Source: an uncultured virus (IMG/VR IMGVR_UViG_3300042540_000681) (Duplodnaviria > Heunggongvirae > Uroviricota > Caudoviricetes). Taken from it: a stretch of 64,000 bases of DNA. Location of the stretch: IMG/VR virus record IMGVR_UViG_3300042540_000681, positions 1-64,000 of that record, one strand, 5' to 3'. Below, piece by piece: positions 10,809 through 20,521 of the stretch. Position 1 is the first letter of the stretch; each line of letters begins with the position of its first letter. The position numbers were made by a program, and so were the translations under genes. The notes beneath the pieces were generated by a model, which saw only the letters and a list, made by a program, of their open reading frames with translations, searched no databases and was not told the DNA's origin.

Positions 10809-11604
10809 TTTTGTAATTATTACATCTCTTTATAATGTTCAAGAACTACAAAGAGATGATAATAGAAGTTGGGAAGATTATCTTGAATGGTTTTCAAAGA
10901 CACTGCAAATAAAATGTCCTTTTATTATCTTCACAGAAGAGTCTCTGGTTGAAACGATCAAAGAAGTCAGACAAGATTTGCCAACTGAAATTATTACTGA
11001 ACCACTAGAACAAATACCATATTTTCATCTGAAAGATTCAATTCAGGAAGTTATCGATTCTGAATTTTATAAAGAAAATATGGCAGACACAAATAGAGTT
11101 GAGTGTAATTATTCAATGTATCCTGTCATTCAATATTCTAAATTTAAGTGGTTGAAAAAAGCATCTGAGATTAATCCTTTTAACTCTAAATTTTTCTTTT
11201 GGTTAGATGCAGGTGCCAGTCGATTTTTATATGATTGTAATCTTGAAAATGATTATCCCAGTGAAGATGCTCTTCAAGCACTGGAACAAATTGACAATAC
11301 CTTCTTAATCCAGTATAATACTGAATGTTATCCTGACCTTGTAAATCCTCAAACATTATCCGAAAGTTATTTTTGGGATAATCGTTCTTTTATCTGTGGA
11401 AGTATGTTTGGTGGAAATAAAACTGCCGTTGAAAATATCGGCAATGAAATTGATAATATTTTGAATTATATGATTGAGAATAAAAATGTAAATAATGAAC
11501 AAATAGCAATTGGATATCTCTGTAAAATAAAAGAGAATCTTTTTACTAAGTTTAATAGGGTTAATGGTAAGAATCATCTTTGTTTATTTCAAGAAATGGT
11601 ATGA
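10798..11604 (+). CDS. HtrL/WlaTC-like glycosyltransferase
   Basis: YPVIQYSKF..NPFNSKFFFWLDAG, GSMFGG, NNEQI motifs. Confidence 0.7.
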   Translation: MKTDFVIITSLYNVQELQRDDNRSWEDYLEWFSKTLQIKCPFIIFTEESLVETIKEVRQDLPTEIITEPLEQIPYFHLKDSIQEVIDSEFYKENMADTNRVECNYSMYPVIQYSKFKWLKKASEINPFNSKFFFWLDAGASRFLYDCNLENDYPSEDALQALEQIDNTFLIQYNTECYPDLVNPQTLSESYFWDNRSFICGSMFGGNKTAVENIGNEIDNILNYMIENKNVNNEQIAIGYLCKIKENLFTKFNRVNGKNHLCLFQEMV

Positions 11605-12497
11605 AAAGTTTAGTTACTGGTGGAGCGGGATTTATTGGATCAAACCTTGTAGATCGTCTTCTTGAAATGGGGCACGAGGTTGTCGTGATTGATAATGAAT
11701 ACTCGGATGTTCATGAACAATTTTACTGGAATGATAAGGCGAAAAATTACAAGTACGATATTCGTGATTATGAAAACACACGTCCTCTCTATGATGGAGT
11801 TGACTATGTGTTTCATATTGCTGCAGAAGCAAGAATTCAACCAGCAATTTTAAATCCAATTGAAGCGGTAAGCATTAACTCTGTTGGAACATGCACAGTC
11901 CTTCAGTGCTCAAGAGAGGCAGGTGTGAAGAGATTAATGTATTCTTCAACCTCTTCTGCATATGGAATGAATCAATCGCCAAATATTGAAACACAACCCG
12001 ATGACTGTTTAAATCCCTATTCCGTTTCAAAAGTAAATGGTGAGAAACTGTGTAAAATGTATACCAGTCTTTATGGTCTTCCCACTGTTTGCTTTAGATA
12101 CTTTAATGTTTATGGTGAGCGTCAACCTTTACGTGGACAATATGCTCCGGTGATTGGTATTTTTCTTCGTCAGAAAGCAGCAGGAGAACCCCTGACTATT
12201 GTTGGTGATGGTAATCAGCGGAGAGACTTTACTCATGTTAGTGATGTTGTGAAGGCAAATGTGATGGCTGCTATTTCTAATCCAGATTCAGAAGCATTTG
12301 GGCAAGTATATAATGTCGGCACAGGAACAAATCATTCTATTAATCAAATTGCAAGAATGATTTCAAATAATGTCATTAATCTACCATCTAGACCAGGAGA
12401 GTCAAGAATTACTCTTGCAAATAATAAAAAAATTAATAAAATTTTTGGTTGGAATCCAGAAGTTAAATTAGAAAATTGGATTCAATCACAACTTTAA
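11601..12497 (+). CDS. NAD-dependent nucleotide-sugar epimerase (GalE-like)
   Basis: VTGGAGFIGSNLV, YSSTSSAYG, PYSVSK, RYFNVYG, RDFTHVSD. Confidence 0.92.
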   Translation: MKSLVTGGAGFIGSNLVDRLLEMGHEVVVIDNEYSDVHEQFYWNDKAKNYKYDIRDYENTRPLYDGVDYVFHIAAEARIQPAILNPIEAVSINSVGTCTVLQCSREAGVKRLMYSSTSSAYGMNQSPNIETQPDDCLNPYSVSKVNGEKLCKMYTSLYGLPTVCFRYFNVYGERQPLRGQYAPVIGIFLRQKAAGEPLTIVGDGNQRRDFTHVSDVVKANVMAAISNPDSEAFGQVYNVGTGTNHSINQIARMISNNVINLPSRPGESRITLANNKKINKIFGWNPEVKLENWIQSQL

Positions 12498-12512
12498 TTG
12501 CATATACTACAA

Positions 12513-13121
12513 ATGACTATTTTTATTGATTGTGGCACAAATTTAAAACAAGGACTAATTGAAATTCTTGGTTTTCATTCTGATATTGAAGAAGTTTATT
12601 CTTTTGAAGCAAATACTGCTGTCTATGATTTTATAGATAAAACAGACGGAATTCATTATTTTAATGTTGCAGTTTCTGATGAAACTGGATTTACTGAATT
12701 TCATATAGAGAAAGATCCCAATACCTTAAATAAAGATTATTTTGGATTAAGTTCTAGAATTCAATCTCCAGAAATAAAGGACGGTGCCTTTAATTTTCCA
12801 TTTGATGTAGATGGAGTTACATATACAAATGTAGAAGATTACGTGCGGGATTATTATAAAAAAATTATTGTACCAAAGGTTAGATTAGTAAATTTCATTG
12901 ACTATCTAAATGTTGATGGATGTGATATAATATTAAAATTGGATGTTGAGGGTGAGGAATATACCATCCTTGAAGATATGAAAAAGAGTGGATCCTTTAA
13001 AAAAATTAAAAAACTTTACGTTGAGTTTCATGAGTACAGTCGTTCATCTCAGTATGATACTGCAGAAACTTGGATTCAATATTTCAAAGAAATTGGTTTA
13101 GATTTTACTCATTGGAAATAA
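12513..13121 (+). CDS. FkbM-family methyltransferase
   Basis: FIDCGTN, YSFEAN, LKLDVEGEEY, LYVEFH. Confidence 0.85.
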   Translation: MTIFIDCGTNLKQGLIEILGFHSDIEEVYSFEANTAVYDFIDKTDGIHYFNVAVSDETGFTEFHIEKDPNTLNKDYFGLSSRIQSPEIKDGAFNFPFDVDGVTYTNVEDYVRDYYKKIIVPKVRLVNFIDYLNVDGCDIILKLDVEGEEYTILEDMKKSGSFKKIKKLYVEFHEYSRSSQYDTAETWIQYFKEIGLDFTHWK

Positions 13122-13124
13122 TTT

Positions 13125-14081
13125 ATGAAAATATCTTTAATTGGTCCTGGAATTATGCCTATTCCACCTCTTGCTTGGGGTGCGGTAGAAATTCTTATAT
13201 GGGACACTAAAATTGCTTTGGAATCTCTGGGGCACCAAGTTCAAATTGTGAATACTAAAGATTATAATCAGATTCTAAAGGATATTGATTCTTTTGGATC
13301 TGATTTTGTTCACATTCATTACGATGAATTTATTACTTTATATCCCCATATCAAACAACCAAAGGCAATTACAAGCCATTATGGTTACTTAGAAAGACCC
13401 GAACTCTTTGGTGGATATGTAAATATTGCTAATGAGTTTGCTCGTCTTAGACCGAATACTTTTTGTTTATCTGATGGAATTCGGAATATGTATAAAGTAT
13501 TGTTGAATATCCCCGAAGATAAGTTATTTCTGGCACCAAATGGAGTTAATAGATCTAAATTTGATTATGTAGATAATCCGGAATATCCGGATCGTTCCAT
13601 TTATCTTGCAAAGATAGATTATAGAAAACGTCAGTTTATGTTCCAGTCTATTTCTAGTCTTTGGTATGCGGGAAATATTGCCGATGGTAGATTTGATACT
13701 TCTAAAAATTATCTAGGTGAATGGGATAAAGATACACTATATAAGGACTTAACTCAATATGGAAATCTTGTTTTACTTTCTGATGGTGAAGCACATCCAC
13801 TCGTTTGTATGGAAGCACTCTCTGCTGGACTTGGAGTTGTTGTTTGCGAATGGGGAAGAGCAAATTTAGATATTAGTAAAGAATTTATTACAGTCATTCC
13901 TGAAAATAAAATCTCTGATTTGGAGTATGTTGAGAGTAAAATTATTGAGAATAGAGAATATTCTGTAAATAATAGAAAAGAAATTGTAGAATATTCAAAG
14001 AAGTTTGATTGGAAAGAGATTCTTCAAAAACATTATATTCCTTCAATTCAAAAAATCATTGCCGATAGTCAACATGAATAA
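13125..14081 (+). CDS. GT4-like (GT-B) glycosyltransferase
   Basis: PIPPLAWGAVE, PNGV, EAHPLVCMEALSAG (EX7E). Confidence 0.85.
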   Translation: MKISLIGPGIMPIPPLAWGAVEILIWDTKIALESLGHQVQIVNTKDYNQILKDIDSFGSDFVHIHYDEFITLYPHIKQPKAITSHYGYLERPELFGGYVNIANEFARLRPNTFCLSDGIRNMYKVLLNIPEDKLFLAPNGVNRSKFDYVDNPEYPDRSIYLAKIDYRKRQFMFQSISSLWYAGNIADGRFDTSKNYLGEWDKDTLYKDLTQYGNLVLLSDGEAHPLVCMEALSAGLGVVVCEWGRANLDISKEFITVIPENKISDLEYVESKIIENREYSVNNRKEIVEYSKKFDWKEILQKHYIPSIQKIIADSQHE

Positions 14082-14862
14082 AAAAATTGCTATTAATTTT
14101 ATAGGTACTGGAAATTATCTCAAGTTCTTTCCAAAATATTATGAAACACTTATGGAATATTTTGTTCCAGAATGTCAGAAAGATTTTTTTGTTTTTACAG
14201 ATGGAGATCTTGGAGATGACATTCCAGACAATATTAAAATTATACCATCATCTGAAAATATTGAAATTACCACATCAGATTATTCTTCAGATAATTGGTA
14301 TAATTTGATGTATAATAGTATTGGTGGATTGAGAAGATTTGGAGAAATCAAAAAAATTGAAAGCCAATTAAAGGATTATGATTGGTATGTATACTTTGAT
14401 GCTGATATGTATTGTTGCGATCAGTTAATTACATATCAAGATTTTTTCAACGATGAAAAACCATTTTTCGGAGTGCAACATCCGACTTTTAGTGCCAACT
14501 GGAGTAAATTTCTTCAATATTTGCCTTTTGAAAGAAATAAAAGATCCTTATCATGTGTAACTGAAGAAGAGGAAAAGGACGATGTATATCTTCAGGGATG
14601 TATTTGGGGTGGTAAAATTCCAGAAATTTTTAAATTAATTGATGAACTTGATGAAAGAATTAAAAAAGATTTGGAAAATAATGTAATGGCAGCGGCTCAT
14701 GATGAAAGTCATTTAAATAGATATAGGATTGAAAACTATGATGATTTTCATATTTTACACCCATCATTTGCAAAACCAGGAAATTATCCCGATAATGAGT
14801 TTGATTTTTCCGCAAGGATGATTCACTCTCCTGCCGATAAAAAAACTGTTCTTTATTCCTAA
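14074..14862 (+). CDS. GT6-family glycosyltransferase (ABO/alpha-1,3-Gal(NAc)T-like)
   Basis: IGTGNY, FFVFTD, YFDADM, QHP, GCIWGG, HDESHLNRY. Confidence 0.88.
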   Translation: MNKKIAINFIGTGNYLKFFPKYYETLMEYFVPECQKDFFVFTDGDLGDDIPDNIKIIPSSENIEITTSDYSSDNWYNLMYNSIGGLRRFGEIKKIESQLKDYDWYVYFDADMYCCDQLITYQDFFNDEKPFFGVQHPTFSANWSKFLQYLPFERNKRSLSCVTEEEEKDDVYLQGCIWGGKIPEIFKLIDELDERIKKDLENNVMAAAHDESHLNRYRIENYDDFHILHPSFAKPGNYPDNEFDFSARMIHSPADKKTVLYS

Positions 14863-14866
14863 TAAA

Positions 14867-15649
14867 ATGATTGGATTTAATTATCTCGGACAAAATGGAC
14901 GTTTAGCAAATCAGATGTTTCAATATGCTTCGTTAAGAGGTATTGCTGCAACAAAAGGATATGATTTCTGTATTCCTAAAACAGACTATGGCGATAAATG
15001 GAAAGATAATAAATTATTTGATGTATTTGAACTTAATAATTTAAAAAATGTGGGTTTTTTTCCTGCAGATTTTTATACAGAAAAGCAGTTCCATTATGAT
15101 TCTGAGTATGTTGGAAATTGTCCAGATAATGTAAATTTGCATGGATACTTTCAGAGTGAAAAATACTTTAAGCATATTGAAGATAGTATCAGAGAAGACT
15201 TTAAGTTTAAAGAATATATTTTAGAACCTTGCACATCTAATTTTCATTTTGATGAGATTATTGCTCTACATGTAAGAAGAACAGATTATGTTTCTAATTC
15301 TATAAATCATCCGCCATGTGATCTTTCATATTATGAAAAGGCACTAGAGCAATTTAATACTAATATTCCGGTAATGATTTTTTCCGATGATGTTGGGTGG
15401 TGTCAGTCTCAGACTTTATTTGAATCAGATAGATTTATGATTTCCGAATCTCATAATGGATTTGTTGATTTATGTCTAATGAGCATGTGCCATTATCATA
15501 TTATTGCCAATTCTTCTTTCTCTTGGTGGGGGGCATGGTTGGCAAAATCTAAAAAAGTAGTTGCCCCTTTACACTGGTTTGGTACAAGTGGAAATACTGC
15601 TAAAAATCAAACACAGGATTTATATTTGGATGGATGGATTAAAATATGA
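14867..15649 (+). CDS. GT11 alpha-1,2-fucosyltransferase
   Basis: GRLANQMFQYA, GYFQSEKYF, LHVRRTDY, IIANSSFSWWGAWL. Confidence 0.93.
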   Translation: MIGFNYLGQNGRLANQMFQYASLRGIAATKGYDFCIPKTDYGDKWKDNKLFDVFELNNLKNVGFFPADFYTEKQFHYDSEYVGNCPDNVNLHGYFQSEKYFKHIEDSIREDFKFKEYILEPCTSNFHFDEIIALHVRRTDYVSNSINHPPCDLSYYEKALEQFNTNIPVMIFSDDVGWCQSQTLFESDRFMISESHNGFVDLCLMSMCHYHIIANSSFSWWGAWLAKSKKVVAPLHWFGTSGNTAKNQTQDLYLDGWIKI

Positions 15650-16482
15650 AAAAAATAGATTTATCTGATTGTACTTTTATGATTCCTATCAGAATTGACT
15701 CTGATGATAGGGTTAGAAACATAATTACGGTTCTTTGCTTTCTTATTAAGACCTTTAAAACTAATATTATTGTCAAAGAAGTAGATTCAAATCAATTTTT
15801 TAAAGATTATGCTCTCCCTCAAATTGAAGAATTTGTTGGTGATGATATTAAACAATTAATTTATCTTTTTGAACAATCGGAAGATCCTGTTTTTCATAGG
15901 ATGAAGATCATCAATGAAATGATTTCTATTTCTAATACTAAAGTTATTGTAAATTATGATTGTGATGTATTATTAAGACCAGAAACATATCAAAAGTCTT
16001 GTGAAATGATTCTAAATCAGTCTTATGATGTAGTTTATCCCTATGGGTTTGGTATGTTTCAAAAACAAATATTTGCGGATGATGAAATAGTTACTAAATT
16101 TATAAATCAAGAATTTGATTTTAGTATTTTAGAACAAAAGTTCAAACCATATCAAGCAGAATATGGGCATGTGCAATTTTTTAACAAAGATTCCTACATT
16201 GATGCTGGTATGGAAAATGAAAACTTTGTGTCTTGGTCACCGGAAGACAAAGAAAGATACTTTAGATTTGATAAGATGGGGTATAATGTAGGAAGAATAG
16301 ACGACTATGTTTACCATCTAGAACATTCCCGAGGTCAAAATTCCAATCATAATAATCCATATTTGCAAAAAAACATGGAACTTTGGAATTATCTAGAAAA
16401 ATTAAATAAATCTCAACTTGTAAATTATTATCAAAGTCAAAAGTATCTTCGTAAGTATTCTTGTTATAATAATAAAATTTAA
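15646..16482 (+). CDS. GT2/GT7-like galactosyltransferase-related protein
   Basis: NYDCDV, GMENENFVSWSPEDKE, YHLEH. Confidence 0.8.
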   Translation: MKKIDLSDCTFMIPIRIDSDDRVRNIITVLCFLIKTFKTNIIVKEVDSNQFFKDYALPQIEEFVGDDIKQLIYLFEQSEDPVFHRMKIINEMISISNTKVIVNYDCDVLLRPETYQKSCEMILNQSYDVVYPYGFGMFQKQIFADDEIVTKFINQEFDFSILEQKFKPYQAEYGHVQFFNKDSYIDAGMENENFVSWSPEDKERYFRFDKMGYNVGRIDDYVYHLEHSRGQNSNHNNPYLQKNMELWNYLEKLNKSQLVNYYQSQKYLRKYSCYNNKI

Positions 16483-16485
16483 AAA

Positions 16486-17277
16486 ATGGATAAAAATAAA
16501 TCAGCATATAAACTCAAAAATATGAGTCCAATATATTATCTAAATCTTGATGGGCAACCAGAAAGAAAGGAATATATGGAGGAGCAATTTAAGTATTGGG
16601 ATATTGAAAACTATACTCGCATTTCTGCCTATGATGGGAGAGAAGATGATTTGAGTGATATTATTAAGGGTCGTTATCCCGATAATATGACTTCGGGAGA
16701 AATTGGATGTACTACTTCCCACCTTAAAGCACTTAAGCATTGGGTGGAAACTTCCGATAGTCCTTATGCGGTTATTATGGAAGACGATGTGGATTTGCAA
16801 CTTGCAAGGTGTTGGGATTTTACTTGGAATGATTTTATTTCCAAGGTTCCTTATGATTATGATGTAATTCAACTTGCCATTATTTGTACAGGAGATTTAC
16901 ATGTTAAACTTCATAAAAGATTTGTAAATGATTTTTCAACTGCCGCATATATAATCACTCGTCATCATGCAGAAAAAATTCTTAAGCATCATGTTCGTGA
17001 TGATAAGTACAAGTTAGATAATGGAGTAAAGCCAAGAGCAGTTGCCGATGACTTAATTTATAATTCCGGAAACACTTTTTCAATTCCTTTATTCCTTTAT
17101 AAGATTGCTCTAGGTTCTTCTATTCATCCAGAGCATATTGATGTCTTTCATCGCCAGAGTCATGATGGACTTCTTAATTTCTGGGAGAATCAAGGACCTG
17201 ATTTAAAGATTGATGATTTAATGAACTATGATCCTTATTTGGGCAGAATTACTAATCCTTCTCAACCTCAAAGTTAA
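16486..17277 (+). CDS. GT25-family glycosyltransferase
   Basis: YYLNLD..PER, RISAYDG, GEIGCTTSHL, IMEDD. Confidence 0.88.
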   Translation: MDKNKSAYKLKNMSPIYYLNLDGQPERKEYMEEQFKYWDIENYTRISAYDGREDDLSDIIKGRYPDNMTSGEIGCTTSHLKALKHWVETSDSPYAVIMEDDVDLQLARCWDFTWNDFISKVPYDYDVIQLAIICTGDLHVKLHKRFVNDFSTAAYIITRHHAEKILKHHVRDDKYKLDNGVKPRAVADDLIYNSGNTFSIPLFLYKIALGSSIHPEHIDVFHRQSHDGLLNFWENQGPDLKIDDLMNYDPYLGRITNPSQPQS

Positions 17278-17297
17278 AGTTTTCTGACCTAGGGTGC

Positions 17298-17326
17298 TTG
17301 ACAAGACCTCTTTCCTCATATATAAT
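17298..17326 (+). promoter_or_regulatory. Sigma70-type promoter for the hli cluster
   Basis: Perfect TTGACA-N17-TATAAT. Confidence 0.85.
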
Positions 17327-17352
17327 ATGTTACAGTTCTTAATAAAACTACA

Positions 17353-17562
17353 ATGACCGTTACGACTAATGAATTTGGGCAACAGAATATGTTTGCCAAA
17401 GAACCCGAAATGTATGTGTCTCAGTCCGACGCAGAGCGTTATGCACTTGAGACTCACGCAGAAAGGGCAGAGCGACTGAATGGACGCACTGCGATGCTGG
17501 GCTTCGTTGCAGCACTTATTTCTTATGCACTCACAGGGCACCTCTTCTTTGGTGTAATCTGA
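17353..17562 (+). CDS. hli: High-light-inducible protein (Hlip) with N-terminal extension
   Basis: AERLNGRTAMLGFVAA chlorophyll-binding motif; N-terminal NEFGQQNMFAKEP. Confidence 0.92.
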   Translation: MTVTTNEFGQQNMFAKEPEMYVSQSDAERYALETHAERAERLNGRTAMLGFVAALISYALTGHLFFGVI

Positions 17563-17648
17563 TGGGCGAACTCATTTTTACTGTAACAAGTATTTCTTTC
17601 TTTGTGCTTCTGGCGCATTCTATCAATCAACTTTCTGAAACTTATTAA
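17562..17648 (+). CDS. 28-aa hydrophobic peptide MGELIFTVTSISFFVLLAHSINQLSETY
   Basis: TGATG overlap with hli stop; single TM-like segment; not in the ORF track. Confidence 0.5.
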   Translation: MGELIFTVTSISFFVLLAHSINQLSETY

Positions 17649-17659
17649 GGAGAAAAAAA

Positions 17660-17770
17660 ATGTTTAACGAAAAGGTTGAGCGTATTAATGGTTGGTTTGC
17701 GATGATCGGTATCGTCGCTGCCTTTGGTGCCTATGCACTGACTGGACAAATTATCCCCGGAGTATGGTGA
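17660..17770 (+). CDS. hli: Second Hlip, 36 aa (MFNEKVERINGWFAMIGIVAAFGAYALTGQIIPGVW)
   Basis: ExxNGxxAMxG motif and TGQIIPG tail; AAGGAG RBS; below the ORF-track cutoff. Confidence 0.9.
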   Translation: MFNEKVERINGWFAMIGIVAAFGAYALTGQIIPGVW

Positions 17771-17853
17771 GTTCTGATATTGTCGCAATATTTTGTGGAT
17801 TTTTTATATCCACAATCGCACTTAATATATTGAAACTCACATTAAAAAAATAA
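17767..17853 (+). CDS. Possible 28-aa hydrophobic peptide
   Basis: GTGA overlap with second hli stop; hydrophobic core and KK tail. Confidence 0.3.
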   Translation: MSSDIVAIFCGFFISTIALNILKLTLKK

Positions 17854-17860
17854 TTATATC

Positions 17861-17898
17861 AATCCTTCTCTCTAAATACGGAGAGAAGGATTTTTTTT
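17861..17898 (+). terminator. Rho-independent terminator after the hli cluster
   Basis: 12-bp stem aatccttctctc/gagagaaggatt, loop taaatacg, T-run. Confidence 0.8.
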
Positions 17899-18060
17899 AT
17901 GCCAAGGGGACAATTAACAAAGGATGAGATAAAGTATCAGGTATTGAAGTTAAAGCAGAAACTTCAAAATGAGCATATCGGATATACGTCTGATCCTAAA
18001 TCACTTGCCGATCAATATCTGAATATGGTTCTGGATAAGATTAATGAATATGCCCGCTGA
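17899..18060 (+). CDS. 53-aa hypothetical protein (MPRGQLTKDEIK...)
   Basis: Clean ORF filling the gap upstream of psbA; resembles small cyanophage ORFs. Confidence 0.6.
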   Translation: MPRGQLTKDEIKYQVLKLKQKLQNEHIGYTSDPKSLADQYLNMVLDKINEYAR

Positions 18061-18104
18061 CAAAGGGTTCTATTTATACTGTGCCACTTAGGTAATTGGA
18101 CCTA

Positions 18105-18133
18105 TTGACAGGATTTCCTAACAGTGTTATTAT
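18105..18133 (+). promoter_or_regulatory. Sigma70-type promoter for psbA
   Basis: TTGACA-N17-TATTAT with extended -10 TG. Confidence 0.8.
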
Positions 18134-18177
18134 ATATACATACACGGGTTAAGAAACGTAACAATTCTGAAACCCAG

Positions 18178-18260
18178 TGTCTTCTCCAACCGGGATCAAG
18201 AGAAGTAAAGCATCCCTCATACCCACGATGGAGGGTGTCGTGGGAATACTTGTAACTATT
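18178..18260 (+). ncRNA. Structured psbA leader, candidate PhotoRC-II-type cis-regulatory RNA
   Basis: Stems cttctc/gagaag and cccacga/tcgtggg; loop gaggg complementary to upstream ccctc (pseudoknot); located in the psbA 5' UTR. Confidence 0.6.
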
Positions 18261-18296
18261 CAGTCCCCCTGAATCATACTTACCCTTTTAAAACAA

Positions 18297-19046
18297 ATGA
18301 CTGCTACAATTGCTCAACAACGTTCCACAAATACCTGGAACCAATTCTGTGAGTGGGTTACTTCCACTAACAATCGTCTGTATGTTGGTTGGTTCGGAGT
18401 CCTTATGATTCCTTGCCTACTTGCTGCTACGACTTGCTTCATTATCGCTTTCGTCGGTGCTCCTCCTGTGGACATTGACGGCATTCGTGAACCCGTTGCT
18501 GGTTCTCTAATGTACGGAAACAACATCATCTCTGGTGCCGTTGTTCCTTCTTCTAATGCTATCGGACTTCACTTCTATCCTATCTGGGAAGCTGCTTCAC
18601 TTGATGAATGGCTTTATAACGGTGGACCTTTCCAACTCGTTGTATTCCACTTCCTCATCGGCATCTATGCTTATATGGGACGTGAATGGGAACTCTCTTA
18701 CCGTCTAGGTATGCGTCCTTGGATCTGTGTTGCTTATTCAGCACCTGTTGCTGCTGCTTCTGCTGTATTCCTGGTCTATCCTTTCGGTCAAGGTTCTTTC
18801 TCTGATGCAATGCCTCTGGGTATCTCTGGAACCTTCAACTACATGCTTGTCTTCCAGGCAGAACACAATATCCTGATGCACCCCTTCCATATGCTTGGTG
18901 TTGCTGGTGTCTTCGGTGGTTCACTGTTCTCTGCGATGCACGGTTCACTGGTGACTTCTTCACTGGTTCGTGAAACTACTGAAACTGAATCGCAGAATTA
19001 TGGTTATAAGTTCGGTCAAGAAGAAGAGACCTATAACATCGTGGCT
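18297..19046 (+). CDS. psbA: Photosystem II D1 protein, exon 1 (codons 1-250)
   Basis: Unmistakable D1 sequence ending ...EEETYNIVA; has Glu130 (GREWELS). Confidence 0.98.
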
Positions 19047-19585
<539 letters not shown>

Positions 19586-19611
19586 TATAATCACTAAATT
19601 GTGATATAATG

Positions 19612-19638
19612 AAGAGACCTGTAAAGGTCTCTTTTTTT
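19612..19638 (+). terminator. Rho-independent terminator after psbA
   Basis: aagagacct-GTAA-aggtctctt stem with GNRA loop, then T-run. Confidence 0.85.
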
Positions 19639-19645
19639 ATAAATA
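19638..19645 (+). promoter_or_regulatory. T4-type late promoter TATAAATA
   Basis: Exact T4 late consensus directly upstream of the endonuclease ORF. Confidence 0.7.
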
Positions 19646-19654
19646 ATAATATCC

Positions 19655-20284
19655 GTGAGCAGACCACAAATGAATGTAAGATATACTGATAAGGATAGGG
19701 AGATTTGGAAGCAAATGTATTTGTCTGGTTTATCCTCCCACGAGATTGGAAGACAACTAAACATACCAAGAGTTTCTGTATATAAGTATCTTAAAACAAT
19801 TGGCATAACAAGAAACTTTTCTGAATGGCAAATAGGTAAAGAACCTTGGAATAAAGGAAAGAAAACAGGTCAAAAAGTTTGGAATAAAGGATTAACCAAA
19901 GAAACTGATGAAAGAGTCAAAAAATATGGAGAAAAAATAAAGGGCAATAATTGTCAAAACCCTTGGAAAGAAAGATATTTTGATACTGATTATTTGTATT
20001 TGGTTATTGTTTATCTTGAAGGTAAACTGGTTTATAAGGTTGGTAGAAGTTTCAATAAATTAGCAAATCACACCAAAAATAAATTACATAGTGTAATTAA
20101 AATATGGAAAGGAATTCATTATCAAGTTCATCATCTTGAAAAGTTCATCCATCAAAAATACCAAGATTATAAAATTGATTTTGAGACCACGGACAGTGGA
20201 TATACGGAGTGTTATGTGGTAGAATTACCCATAACTGAAATCATTAACCTTACAGAAAAAACATTAAAACATTATGATTACTAA
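19655..20284 (+). CDS. Free-standing putative homing endonuclease (HTH + NUMOD3 + GIY-YIG/T5orf172-like domain)
   Basis: N-terminal HTH; PWNKGKK and VWNKGLTKETDERV NUMOD3-like repeats; YLYLV..YKVGRS..LEKFIH..GYTECY. Confidence 0.72.
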   Translation: MSRPQMNVRYTDKDREIWKQMYLSGLSSHEIGRQLNIPRVSVYKYLKTIGITRNFSEWQIGKEPWNKGKKTGQKVWNKGLTKETDERVKKYGEKIKGNNCQNPWKERYFDTDYLYLVIVYLEGKLVYKVGRSFNKLANHTKNKLHSVIKIWKGIHYQVHHLEKFIHQKYQDYKIDFETTDSGYTECYVVELPITEIINLTEKTLKHYDY

Positions 20285-20429
20285 AGAAGGATTTATTGAG
20301 GCAACCAATCTAGCACCTGAAAACGCAGAAAAAATTTATCAAGAACTTAATGATAGGTTTAATGGGGATTGGGATAAAGCATCTGACTACCTTAAAGATT
20401 TGGTTGCATACTTACAAAAGCACCAATAA
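20274..20429 (+). CDS. 51-aa hypothetical protein
   Basis: ORF MITKEGFIEATNLAPENAEKIYQ... read by hand; overlaps upstream stop. Confidence 0.5.
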   Translation: MITKEGFIEATNLAPENAEKIYQELNDRFNGDWDKASDYLKDLVAYLQKHQ

Positions 20430-20521
20430 AATGCTCCTCATCCTCCTGCTCTTCCAGTTATTTGGATTGTTCCTTTTCATAATGTCTCTGCTATAATACA
20501 TACAACAGTTACTTCTTACTA

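Noticed and set aside
17218..17541. Minus-strand 107-aa Cys-rich ORF
   Set aside because: Antisense to hli and its promoter, with no recognisable motif
20431..20496. 21-aa Leu/Phe-rich micro-ORF (MLLILLLFQLFGLFLFIMSLL)
   Set aside because: Plausible but too short to support without conservation data
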